Made by a program: the position numbers and the translations under genes. Below the pieces are notes generated by a model that was given only the letters and a program-made list of their open reading frames with translations, had not been told where the DNA came from and did no database searches. This document shows, in pieces, positions 25,099 through 37,550 of a stretch of DNA of 64,000 nt; positions within the stretch are counted from its first letter, which is position 1; the number at the start of each line of letters is the position of its first letter. Origin of the DNA: Eledone cirrhosa (Eukaryota); assembly GCA_964016885.1 (NCBI GenBank), contig OZ024746.1, positions 18,104,001 to 18,168,000 on the forward strand. Direction: 5' to 3'.

Positions 25099-25965
25099 TC
25101 ATCATCATCATCACCGCTTTTTGTCCGTTCTTCCACGCTAGCATGGGTTAGACGGGTTGTCCTGTTGTGGGCAGTGTCTGGTCGGCTAACCATGCTTTGC
25201 TCATACAGGAACTGATTCTGGCTTGATTTCTACAGCTGGATGCCCTTCCTAACACCAACCTCATTTACAGTGAGTGCTGGGTGCTTTTTCCGTGGCGCCT
25301 AAACGACCACTTTACAGGTGGGCTGGGTGCTTTTTTGCCGTGGCACCTCCATGACCACCTTGCAGTGGGAGGGTGTGGGGACATATTGTCTATATGCTTC
25401 AGCTTGTACCCATGGGAGGTCGGGTACTCTGTATTACTGCGTGACGCCAGAGGTCACGGTCGTGTGTCATCGCCTTTGAGAGGTGTAATTGGGTAAGGTC
25501 GGCTTTTATCACCTCATCCCAGGTTTTCTTGGGTCTCTCCACTCTGCGGTTTCCATTGACTTCCAGTGCTCTGCACCTTTTTATGCAGCTGTCATCCTTC
25601 ATACGCATCACATGTCCATACCAACGCAACCGCCTCTCCTTCACACAGCATTTGATTCCTCTGATGCTCAGTCTCTCTCTCAATTCATTTATGCTTTGTC
25701 GTTTGCGTATATTACTATTACACATCCATCGGAGCATGCAGGCTTCGTTTCTTTCTAATCTATGTAAGTCTTCCATCTTCAGCGCCCAGGTCTCACTACC
25801 ATGTAACATTGCTGTTGGGATACTCGCATCATACAGTCTGCCTTTCATTTTGAGGGAGAAACCTTTTGCAGCTAGCAGTGGCAGTAGTTCCCTGAACTTT
25901 TTCCATCCCGTTCTTACCCTAGTTATTGTACTTTCTGAACACCCACCTCTGCTGCTAATTCGGTC
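25099..25965 (-). mobile_element. RTE LINE subfamily A, 3' ~870 bp
   Basis: Highly similar reverse complement of ~8878-9740 (ORF 25399-25848), with (TA)n on both sides. Confidence 0.95.
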
Positions 25966-26021
25966 ATATATATATATATGAAGTAATATATTAGTTTAAT
26001 GCTTGATATAGTAGGAAAAGA

Positions 26022-26059
26022 ATCTTTACGTTTCGGACACTAGTCCTTCATCAAAAGAT
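26022..26059 (-). ncRNA. minimal hammerhead motif with C3>U core change, inside a ~170-bp Penelope-type short element (~25975-26145)
   Basis: Minus strand AUCUU-UUGAUGA-A-GGAC UAGU GUCC-GAAA-CG-UA-AAGAU; homologous to 62262-62298. Confidence 0.7.
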
Positions 26060-26152
26060 AGAATATGAAATAGAGAGTGAGAAGAGGAAGGACTGGAAAA
26101 CATTTTTAAGAAAAAGCATATGTATTCAGTTACCATTTTGGAGAAATATATA

Positions 26153-26327
26153 TCATCATCATCATCATCATTTTACGTCCGCTTTTCCCTGCTTGCAAGG
26201 GTGGGACGGGTCTTATTCAGCACAGCATCTCTCCACTCGTCACGGTCCCTCGTCATCTCCACCGTGAGCTTCAATGATCTGAGGTCTGTTCTCACCACCT
26301 CCGCCCATGTTTTTCGTGGTCTACCTA
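26153..26327 (-). mobile_element. RTE LINE subfamily C, 3' end with short tail
   Basis: GRPRKTWAEVVRTDL...DRDEWRDAV runs directly into ACCCGTCCCACCCTTGCAAGCAGGGAAAAGCGGACGTAAAA(TGA)n. Relatives at ~38850-39135 and ~55377-55482. Confidence 0.9.
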
Positions 26328-27546
26328 TATATATATAAACTGGCTGGCATTAGGAAAGGCATCCAGTTATAGAATCCAATTGAAAAACAGAATGTATGAG
26401 AGCAAGACAGGAACGTGACAACCTGTCTAACCCATGCAAGCATGAAAAATAGACATTAAACAATCATGATGCAGATAGTGCATGGTAACTTTAGTTAACT
26501 TTTCCCATAACCCTCCGGGGTCGTGGGGGTACTGATTATGCAGCGTATCTTGGAGAAATACAGCCTGGGGTTGATCACGACAGAAATCCTCCAACCAGGT
26601 GGTAGATTCTGGTCATGGATACAAAATACCCAAGAAACTTCTCATGAGCTGTAACCTGGTGGGAGGTGAGTTAAACTTGAAAAGGTGTAAATATCATTTC
26701 AGTATTTTTTTCATACATGATAAAACCCCGTCCACAAGGTATTAGTCAACTTATGGCTATAGTAGAAAATGCTTGCTCAAGAAACTGCACAGTGGGATCC
26801 GACCTAGAAGTATGTGGTTCCGAAACGATCTTCTTAACCACAACAAGAAGTCAGTCATTAGAGCATTGTTTTATAATCCCTTGTGATATTTGTGCCAGCA
26901 CTCTGTACTCTGAGTTCAAATCAAGGCATAACTAACTTTACTTTTCTTCTTTTTGGTTTTCATAGATAGTCAAAAGATCATTAGTTCATGGCATTAGATT
27001 GGTGGTATTATCAGATAAGGGTGGTTGGCTAACTATTGGTAGAGCGTCAGACAATATAATTATATCCTTTTACATTCTCAGTTCAAATCCTGCCAAGGTT
27101 AACTTTGCCTTTTGTTTTTATGGTTGATAAAATAAAGTACCAGTAACGCACTGGGGTTGATTTCATTGACTTTAACCTCTCTGCAAATTGTTGGCCTTGT
27201 GTCTAAATCAGAAACCGTTATTATTATCGAGAGCAGTGGATTGGCAGTATCAGTAGAGTGTCAGACAATATGCTTTGCAGCATATAGTTATGTCCCTTTA
27301 TGCTCTGAATTCAAATCCTGCTCAGGCCAGGGATCTGTGTCTTGTTCACGATCTACCAAGTGAGTAGGAGAGGTTGTCATCTTTTAGACACAACTGTGGG
27401 TCCTCCCAACCCTTTGTTTGGCAAGCTTGCAACAGCTGAATGCCCTTCCTATTACCAACCACTTTATATATAGTATATATATTGGTTATTAGAAAAACAA
27501 GGCACATTTGTTGATGTTCAATGGTACATTTATTAATACTTGAGAT

Positions 27547-27902
27547 TCTCTTACACGTGTTTCAATACATTACATAACTAGTGGCCTGTCAAATCCAGCC
27601 GAGGTTAACTTTGCCTTTCATCCTTACGGGGTCAATAAAATAAAGTACCAGTAATGTACTGGGTAATTGCTGGCCTTGTGCCAAAAGTAGAAACAATTAT
27701 TATATAATTTATTACAGCCCTTTCCATTCTGAGTTCAAATCCCGCTGAGGTTAACTTTGCCTTTCATCCTTACCGGGTTGATAAAATAAAGTACCAGTAA
27801 TGCACTGAGTAATTGCTGGCTTTGTGCCAAAAGTAGAAACAATTATTATATAATCCATTATTTCACACTGTGCTAATATTCTAATGCATTTCACTGGAGA
27901 GA
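27547..27902 (-). pseudogene. hammerhead-like motif split by two SINE insertions
   Basis: 5' half UCUCU-CCAGUGA-AAUGCAUUA (27902-27882) and 3' half UAAUGUAUU-GAAA-CACGUG-UA-AGAGA (27572-27547). Family-1 SINE pieces lie between them at ~27588-27850. Confidence 0.6.
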
Positions 27903-28287
27903 TAGGTAAATATATACCTCAATCCAGTTTTCCTTGCTCACCCAACTGTTACTTTATATGCTATTATGTAATATAGGAGATTATTTTTGATTATTTTCAC
28001 CAGCAGTGATTTGACATGTTTATTATTTGTCTGAGAAGTAATTTTCAGTATGTTTTAAGCTTAACCTATAATTTAGTCTTAGTAAATTATGCTCAACTAA
28101 TACTGTGAAAAACTGAATTATTTTGCCAGCGTTATAGTCAGATTTCATATTCTAAATTGTCTCACTATGATAATGTCATAAGTCTTTTTAAGTTGTTTTT
28201 TTTAATATTTTGATGACAGTGGTAGTTTTATTGTCTTTTCCAATTATAAATTTTTAATGATTTATCAATGAAGTATACATTTTAATT

Positions 28288-28405
28288 ATCTTTTTCTTTC
28301 TTCTTTCTTTCTTTCTTCTTTCTTTCTTTCTTCTTTCTTTCTTCCTCTTTCTTCTTTCTTTCCTCTTTCTTTCTTTCTTTCTTCTTTCTTCCCCTCCTCC
28401 TCCCT
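28288..28405. repeat. (CTTT/CTT)n polypyrimidine tract
   Basis: Directly visible; it produces the K/E/R-rich minus-strand ORFs. Confidence 0.95.
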
Positions 28406-28828
28406 GAAAGGGTTGTAGGGACAGAGTCCTCAGACACTCCTTCCAGCAGGTCCAAGCGAGACAAACCAAGCTTATGGACAGTAAACATTGATGATGATGA
28501 TGAATGAAGATATTATTGTCAAAGATCTCTTGTCAATATTTCAATTTGTAAATGATGCATATAATGCTCCATGGTTGAAACTGTACCCCCTCCCTTCTCC
28601 TGTGCCAAACCTCTCATTGTGCCATCCAGCTCCTACTGTGCCACTGCCAACATATACTAGGCTATTATACTTGCAACTGTTAAGTGAGATATTTAAATTT
28701 GAATGTTACATTAATTTGTTTTATTAGTGTTTTGTTGTTTTGTGGTTTTTATTATATCAATAGTTACTCCATATATACTCCCCACATATTTAAGTAGTGC
28801 TTCTGCTATCTTAAAAACATTAGTCAGT

Positions 28829-29160
28829 ATTCATTTCATTTTACGTCCGCTTTTCCCTGCTTGCAAGGGTGGGACGGGAACTGATTCTGGCTTGATTTCT
28901 ACAGCTGGATGCCCTTCCTAACACCAACCTCATTTACAGTGAGTGCTGGGTGCTTTTTTGCTGTGGCACCTCCACGACCACTTTGCAGTGGAATGATAGG
29001 GACCCCAGTCCCTATCATCTCATTTCTACAGCTGAGTAAACTGGAGCAATGTGAAATAAAGTGTCTTGCTCAAGGAAACAACACATCACCAGGTCTGAGA
29101 ATTGAACTCACAACCTTTCGATTGCAAGGCCAATGCTCTAACCACTAAGCCATGTACCTC
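28829..29160 (-). mobile_element. tRNA-derived SINE, family 3, with RTE-derived 3' tail (young)
   Basis: Head TGGCTTAGTGGTTAGAGC...GAGTTCAATTCTC, family-2-like core, hairpin ATGATAGGGAC/GTCCCTATCAT, RTE tail. Near-identical copy at 42050-42389 and a variant at 47972-48347. Confidence 0.9.
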
Positions 29161-31939
29161 CATATGTAACTTAATAATAATTGTTTCTACTTTTGGCACA
29201 GGGCCAAGAATTATCCCAGTGCATTACTGGTACTTTATTTTATCGACCCCCATAAGGATGAAAGGCAAAGTTAACCTCCGCGAGATTTGAACTCAGACCG
29301 TATATATATATAGATAGAGAGAGAGAGAGTATCTACAAATGAAAATAACTGTATTGATATAGACATGTGTATGGATGACATTTGTTGAATAAAAATAATT
29401 ACCTGGTCAAGAGTAACCAGGCTGGCTAACAAATACTTGAAACAAAGCAGGACCTACTTTTAAGAAGTAAATTCATATAAAGCTGAAATGATTTTGGAAT
29501 TCCACTGAGCAATACATTTAATTTTGCATGCGTAAGTTATTAGTGTGATTTGACAATCATTAAAGTTAAGTTAGTTAAAGTCTGTACTAAGCTGAAGGCT
29601 CATTAGGTCGCTGCTTATCCCCGGTCTCTTTTGCACTAAGCGACTGAGAGTACAAGACTCTTCTTGGATAGGATACTGGTCCATCGCAGGTTTAACTCCC
29701 CAGTTGCTGCTGGTACTCACTCTCAACTGAGTATACTGGAGCAATGCATCTGTTCAAGCTCTCTGCACTCTGTGTTCAAATCCCACCAAAGTAAACTTTG
29801 CCCTTTCATCCTTTTGGGGGTCAATAGAATAAAGTACCTGCTACGTACTGGGGTGATTTGGTGAAATTGTTAGGGAGTCAGATGAGAAACCTTATGGTAT
29901 TTATTTGTTCTGAGTTCAAGTTTCACTGTGACTTACTTGGATGTAGACAACCTGTTGTCCAGTTTAACACAGTCTGTTCTGTCTGAAGCATTCAGACCAG
30001 GTCTTCAGTTTGAGGGTACCATCCCCATCTGTCCCATGAGCTTCGGAGTCCTCGAAAAGGGTTGTGTGTTCTTCCTTGAATAAACAGGAAAAAAAGAAAA
30101 TCTAACTGAAGAATTTTGTCTGAAATACCTGGTAATCCTTGTGATAAACTGGTGTTGAAATTTGGGAGGGATGGGGTTGGGTGGAAGTGAATGTGTTTCA
30201 CTAGATAATAAATAGTACATAGTTTACAGTTAAAAACTGACCTTTCACAGTTGTTGCTGCTAATGACGTGAATCATGTTGGGTGCCATTTCCACTTCATA
30301 GTTCAAACATCTCAGTTTGAAAAATCCACTACCCTTTGGTGATAGAAAACAAAAATCCATTACTCTGTCCTGATATAAAAAAAAAAGAACTAAAAAAATA
30401 AACAGCTCAAAATGACGATAATAATAATAATGATGAAATAAGAATAGTTGAAAATAGCAACAAAAAAAATTTGAGATTTGACAAATATAATTGGAACTCT
30501 GTAAAATTGTTCGCAATAGAAAGGGCATCCAGCTGTAGAAAAGCTATCAAACAAAAGGTCGGGAAGACTCTTCAGTTAAACCTAAGATATGACAAGATCT
30601 TGGGTGCCACAATAAAACATACTTAGTAGAGTATGGGATTGTAATCGGGTCCCTGGCCCACCAAAAGGTCATCTCATCCAGGGTTAGATTTATTGGGGAG
30701 AGGGATGAACTCCCCATCTAACGAACAGGGCCTTTTCTCTTTTTCTCTGCTTATGTATATATATATGTATATATATATATATATAATATAATGTGTGTGT
30801 GTGTGTGTTGTTATATGAGAGACTCACCAAACTTGAACTGCCCTGAGCCTCCTATAGTCTAAATCTGGTCCTGATCTCACTTATCTACCCTGAGAACATG
30901 GTAACATGTCTAACCGATGCAATCATGTAAAATAGTGGTGGTAATGATGTGAAACTGCATGGAAGCTTATTGGATAAACTGTGATTGTTCTTTAGTGTTA
31001 GGTTCTCACCTTGCACCTCTTTAACATCACCTATTCCTTGGGTGTTGTTAGCAGTGTGTGTTATTGCAATTATTCAGATCATATCCCTGGTCAGGAGACA
31101 ACATGGTATCTTGATATGTTTTCTCTGTAAGTTCTGCTTCCTTCTCGGCTTTTCCCCTCAACAGTCATGAACCAATGCGAAAGGTTATGGAGTTATCAAC
31201 ACAATCATACCCCTGGAAAAGTCATTAAAAAAAAAAACCTTGCCTCCATGCTTGGCATTGAAGAATTGGTTGAGTTCCAATTTTGCTGTAAACACATTGA
31301 TTGCAATAACTTTCCTAAAAGCCTCTTCTCAATTTCTAAACTAGCTTATCTAGTTTTTTTGTATTGATACTCCCTTTCTAAATCTTATTAATTCTACTCT
31401 AATCATCGTTTTCAGGGTTAACCACCAATTTTTGTTGGGGATCAATACAAATCCCAATTTTGTTACCTGTGGAGTTGACAATCTGTGGTACTCTTACTCC
31501 TATCTACTGACCTACAGAATATCCTATTTAGATAGGTTCAGGACTACCCATTGCAGTTTGATCATGTACACATCAGCACATTTGGGAAATCCAGTCAGTA
31601 CCTGTCAGATAGTTGAAAACGTCTGAACAGGTTTTTGAGGCTTTTACACCCTCCTCTTCTATCTGATAGTGCTACACAATCTCAGCATGCATCCAATTGG
31701 TATCAATCTCCCACTAACAATAAAAAGTGTGATGTTCTTAGAAAGGTCTGAAGAAATTTGGCTGTCCTAGTCTGAAGACAAGGCCTTCACTCCTGGTCAC
31801 ATCCACTACCTCTGACTTACCTTGTGGCTCCAGAAAGATGGTCCGTACCATGAGATTCAGACCTTTATAAAACAACACAGTGATTCTACCTCTTGATCCT
31901 GGATGACTTGGAGATGTGTAAACCTCTTTGCTGCTAAAG

Positions 31940-32205
31940 ATAGTGGTTGTGTCATCACTTTTAGTGGCAATGGTGCTAACAGTGTTACTTGTTTACACAC
32001 TAGTGGCAATGGTGCTGTTAGTGAATGTGATGGTGGTGATCTATTTTGCTTTTGCTCTCATAGTTGTGCTGCTGCTAGAGATAGTGATGGTGGTGGTTGT
32101 ACTGGTGCTGATGGTGATAATGATGGTGGCTGTGGTGATAGTGATGGTGGTTGTGGTGATAGTGATGGTGGTGGTGTATTTTGCTTTTGCTCTCATAGTT
32201 TTTTA
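31940..32205. repeat. (GGT/GAT)-rich low-complexity region with an internal ~37-bp duplication
   Basis: TATTTTGCTTTTGCTCTCATAGTT occurs at ~32042 and ~32177. Confidence 0.8.
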
Positions 32206-33299
32206 TGTTAATTTTTATTGGTATAGTGTCTGGTTGTTTGCTGAGTTCAAAGTCCAGTTTTTGCTGCTGGTGCTGCTAATTACATATTTTTTATTTAGCA
32301 GTGGATATTCAAAATTATAAATATCAGTAAGAAATGCTATTTCATTCTCTTAATTAAGCATACAATTTTGACCATTCCTAAACATATTGGGTTTGGATTT
32401 TTGCTAATTTCTCGGGCACAAAATAGGTGGGTCGACTTTTATTCAAGTTTATATTATATACATTTCTTGTGAGTACTGAAAATCAGCTATCCTAGCTTGG
32501 CAGAATAGTTATTGCCTAGAGCCACTTGTCACTTTGTTTGTTGATCTTGGTTCAACTTAACACTTATGCCTGTATCTGGCTGTGATTGCTCTTGCTTGAA
32601 AATCTAGTGTGGTTAGCTGTTGTGTGACAACTTAATGACTATAAACAAAAGTTCTACTAGTAAATATTGACTCAAAGCAACTATGGTGTAATTATCTACT
32701 AGACCAAACTTTGCATCTTATCTATAATAATTAGTTTTCAAAAATGTTATAGTCATGAAATGAATTTATTGGGATGTAATCTCAATTTTTACCCCCCCCC
32801 CCCCCCCACACACACACACACACCACACCCCGCCACACACAACAACAACAACAACATTTATGCAAATTTCTTATATTAGATCATCTTCATTGATATAGTT
32901 GTTTTTATCATCATTATCATGACATCACTGTTAAAAAAATAAACTTGTTTAGTTTTGTCAAATCATACTTTTTAGTATAGTTTATCAGCAAAGCCTTTAA
33001 TTATCTCTGAGAATCTTTTAGTAATATTATCAGCCCATCAGTCTGTGATATCTATTCTGATCTCTTTGATTAGAAATATTTGGTTAGCCAGTTTCACAAT
33101 AGTGTCACTCACTATCCTATAAATTCTTAATGTACTTCACAGTTCAGTTATGTCTCCTACACGTTTCTGTTTGTACATTAATGACTTTGTTGTTATATCC
33201 GTCTAAACCCATGCTAGCATGGAAGATAGACGTTAAACGATGATGATGATGATTCCTATATAGATGATATCACCCTTCGCTTCTAAACTTTGTTTGACT

Positions 33300-33665
33300 C
33301 CTGAAAATGTCTTTCAGTGGATTCATAACAACTCAATTCTTTGAGTCTTTTTCCTGTCAAATGACATATGCACAATGGTTGGAGAGACAGATCGAAATTG
33401 GTGAGCCAGAATAAGGCATCATTTGTAGTATTATGGATTGACTCTAGGCCTCTGAGAAAATCACTGAGGGGGTAATCCCAAACAACAGGGTCCCCACAGT
33501 CACATGATGAGCTCTTTCATTTTCCATTGATGGAGATGATGAGCTGGTCTGGTCTGGTTTGTGTTGTGCAGATCTGATTAAGGGACTCTCATTGCTTTCT
33601 AGGCAGATCAAAACCAGCTGGTTTAGATGTAGGGTTCTGGACCAGGTCTTGGTTGGCAAATTTGA
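33300..33665 (-). mobile_element. Vingi/Ingi-like LINE 3' fragment (second copy)
   Basis: Aligns with ~3445-3790 (e.g. ATTGGTGAGCCAGAATAAGG..TCATTTGTAGTATTATGGATT). Confidence 0.75.
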
Positions 33666-34301
33666 AATGAATTCAAATTTGCCAACCAAGTGTACTAAGT
33701 GCCAATCCAGTGTACTGATATATCTCTAATGTCCTCTGTCATGTGTGCTGAAGTTGTACAACTTGCTATATTTCAATTAAGTTTGTGAAGCACAGGCCCA
33801 GAAAATAAAGCAAATTTATTCAAAATATTCCATTGTTTTTAACTGCAGAAATTAACATGTAATTTTGGTCTGGGAGAGCAGAATATTAAAATCTGCACTA
33901 GTTGTCAAAGGGTTAGTATCTTCCAACAGTACTTTAACATTTGCCAGACATATTAAATAACAGTTTTATAACAGTTCATACCACTTTAATTATGAACACA
34001 CTTAAAAATCACTCAAACTTACTCCCCAATCTTTTCGTGGGGACCATACATTTACAAATTTATCTATAACATCTGTAAATTATAGAAACAGGTATGGCTG
34101 TGTGGTTGTGGGTTAATTCTGACTGTATAGTACCATGGGTAAGTGTCATCTATTATAACATTGGGTTTACCAATACCTTTGAGTAAAAGTTGTTAGCTGG
34201 AAACTGCAGAGACTGGATCCGATGTGATTAGAAGAATAAAATAACTTAATTTTTCATCTTTGCTATTTTTGCAATGCGCTCACACTTGCATACACACATT
34301 G

Positions 34302-34332
<31 letters not shown>

Positions 34333-35385
34333 TTTACTAACAATATATGTAAAAGCTTATGTTGGAAACATTCTATGAGTACATATATATAAGTATGTTT
34401 TTATATTTCTACAGAAAAATGTGCATGTTGACTTGAAATTCCGATGCATGCTCATATGCACAATTTTCAATATACATATTTTCAGATATGCAATTGCAAG
34501 TACAAACCATGTAGAGATAAACATTTCCAAAATTGCTTGTTTGTAAATATCATTTCAAAACAATGAACTTGCATGAGATTCTGTGCAGTGTTCTTTCAAA
34601 TTGGAGTGTTCTTTGTATCAAAACATCTGTCAGAATGAAACTATCTATTTGGTAGATATCTTATTGGGTTGCAAGAATCACTGCTTCAGACTACCATCTT
34701 TTGTAAGTAGGAAGCAAACTCTGCTAAAATTAGAAATCTCCTTGTTCTGTTTATTATATGGTTGAGATCTTTTCGAGTAATCTTTCATCAGCAAAGTGTT
34801 TCTTTACAATTGTACCAGTTATTGCACAGACATTTTGTTGTGGCAATAATGTAAAGGTACTGTTATTGATTAGATTTCTAATTGACTCTGGGGACCATTT
34901 TAAGTTCTCTGTCTCTCTTCATCATCATTATTTTTATGTTTACTTTTCCATGCTCGTATGGGTTGGATGAGGCAGAATTCTCTAGTTTGATACCCGTCTC
35001 TGGTACCAACCATCACTTTTTTTTTTAGATGAGGTACAAATCTTTATACATCTAACTATTGAGCAACACACACACACCTATTATGAAATGCCTTGCTGAA
35101 GACTGTTGTATTAGTCTTTATGGTTGAATGGTTGACTGTATAAAGAGTATCCAGCTGCAAAAACAAGCAAAAAGACACTTAAGAAATGGTTTAAATTTGC
35201 TGATTCATTCTTCTATTATAAACAAAGGAAAATATGTAAAAAAAATGCTTTTATCTTGATAATTGTCTTGTTGAGAAATATTGATTGAAATTTCTTCATT
35301 GTTGTTGTTGGTGGTGTTGCTGCTATTGTCGTGAGACTGAAGACTACATGGAGTGTAGAGATACCTTCAACTTGCAGTGATCCAG

Positions 35386-35480
35386 CAGTCTCTCTGGTGG
35401 CAGTGGTCGGGCAGTCTCCCTGGTGGCAGTAGTTGGGCAGTCTCCCTGGTGGCAGTAGTTGGGCAGTTTCCCTGGTGGCA
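35386..35480. repeat. 26-bp minisatellite, ~3.7 copies
   Basis: Unit CAGTCTCCCTGGTGGCAGTAGTTGGG. Confidence 0.9.
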
Positions 35481-37435
35481 CTGACACAATGGAACACATT
35501 TAGTTTCTGTCCACTGGAGGTTACACATAGTAAAGAGGACAATTACTTTGTTCCATCAAGTACTTGACAACCATTCCTTAGTGCTGATGCTACTATAAAA
35601 TGCACCCAGTACACTCTGAAAGTGGATGATGCTTGGAGACAGATTAGGATAAGCCAAGTATGTAACAAAATGAGGTCACTCTGACCTATGTTATTGAAAC
35701 TTGACTACTAACTTAACCATTCATCCTTCTGATACTGTAAAATAAATCAGGTACTGAGGTCGGGACCCCCCTCACCACTGCCACATATCAACTGAGAGTT
35801 AGTATATCTTGTGATCATTATTTCTGTTAACAGAAAAGACGTGGATTGGCAGTATCGGTAGAGGGTCGGACGCCATGCTTTCCAGCATAGTTATGTCCCT
35901 TTACGATCTGAGTTCAAATCCCGCCGAGGTTGACTTTGCCTTTCATCCTTACGGGGTCGATAAAATAAAGTCCAGTAATGCACTGGGTAATTGCTGGCCT
36001 TGTGCCAAAAGTAAAAACAATTATTTCTGTTAACATTGATTCAGCTACCCTTAGTCCTACATATGTGTGTGTGTGTGTGTGTGTGTGTGAGTATATATAT
36101 ATATATAGATGTGTGTGTTGTATAGATAACAAAATGATTAACAAATATAATCAAGTATACAATATGTCGTTTCCTATGCTGTTTATTTGATATTCAAAGC
36201 ACTAATGAAAAGCCCATTGTTCTCTGTCTACCCCCATCCACCTCTTTTGCTAATATATAAGGAGTTCCCAGCTAGAAGTAAATTTACCACCAGGAACTAA
36301 ATTAGTACATATTTCTGTTGAGAAGAAAATTTAATGCCTGCCCGTTTTGTTTATTAAACCTCTGATGATTTTCAAGAATTTTGAAAATAATTCAGAATTT
36401 GGAGAGATTTAGTAATATAACTTTCTTGTTATTAAGTTAGTGTTTAGAACATACTAAACATTTGTAATGGAAGGTTTATATTTACAGTCTACACTGTACA
36501 GTGGTCGTTTTGGTGCCATGATAAAAACCACCCAATCCACACTGTAAATGTGGTTGGCTTTAAAGGAAAGGCATCCAGTCATAGAAACCACATCACGTAA
36601 TCTGACTTCTCACTTCAGGACAAATCGTCTAACCCATGCTAGCATGGAAAATGGACGTTAAACAATAATAATGATGATGATGCTGATGAATACTAAACAG
36701 TTTTTCATCAAAGAACCAGGTGCAGTTTCCTGTAGCTTGGTATCAAAAAGGTTAAAAAATAGTGATTAATTTGTTTTTAACTCTTTTGACTAACTTAAAT
36801 GATTTGTATTTTATATTTGTTAATTACCATGTTCCCAGTGTAGTCGTTGAATTCAGAGAAGAATGGCTCCTTCAAGAAATGAAAGACAGAGTAGAAACAA
36901 TTACCAACTTGTCAGTTATTCTCTCTATTCATCATCATCATCATCATCATTATTTAATGGCCACTTTCCCTGCTTGTAATTTAAACATTTCCCATTTGTA
37001 TATTATGGTAGATATGTAAACTCAAATTACTGAACAAAAAATTCTGTGTGGGAGGAGGGAGAGTAAATTTTACTTTTGAAACATTGCCATGGTAAATGTG
37101 AATATGCATAGCTTGTATTGGACTCAAGATCATAAGGTGATGGGTTCAATTCCTGGACAATTGTTTCTGAGGAAGACAGTGAGATGGATCTAGAATATTG
37201 AGACCAGTAATATGTTGTGACATAACCACTATTGATTAGTTAATATATCAATTTATTATGATCAATCAACTTTCTGATACGATCATAAAACAATGAACTA
37301 ACTAAGCACCAATCTTTGCCTTTTTTATTTTCATTGTTCAAAACACACACATATATGTAAATTCCTGAATTGTGTCAGTAGGTAACCACAGTTAAAAAAA
37401 GGTACTCAATACATTGGTAGAGTATAGACATTTTT

Positions 37436-37540
37436 TTATTTTATATAGAAATGACTTCTACAGGACTAGAACTGTTTCATTCATATGAAATACGAATGAA
37501 ACAGTTCTAGTCTTGTAGAAGTCATTTCTATATAAAATAA
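37436..37540. repeat. near-perfect palindrome, 47-bp arms
   Basis: TTATTTTATATAGAAATGACTTCTACAGGACTAGAACTGTTTCATTC / GAATGAAACAGTTCTAGTCTTGTAGAAGTCATTTCTATATAAAATAA, one mismatch. Confidence 0.95.
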
Positions 37541-37550
37541 TATATATATA

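Noticed and set aside
26500-26670. GC-richer segment as a possible HDV-like ribozyme / LINE 5'UTR
   Set aside because: Could not assemble the nested double pseudoknot by eye; needs a descriptor search.
28254-28488. K/E/R-rich ORFs resembling nuclear localisation signals
   Set aside because: Translation of the (CTTT)n tract.
29090-29160. tRNA-like sequence (also other A/B-box hits)
   Set aside because: SINE heads: no complete cloverleaf and followed by SINE core and tail.
29992-30528. 178-aa minus ORF
   Set aside because: Starts in a repeat tail, low-complexity F/Y/L composition, no recognisable domain.
31903-32320. Gly/Asp-rich and Val/Met-rich membrane-like ORFs
   Set aside because: Arise from (GGT/GAT) low-complexity DNA; no splice or domain support.
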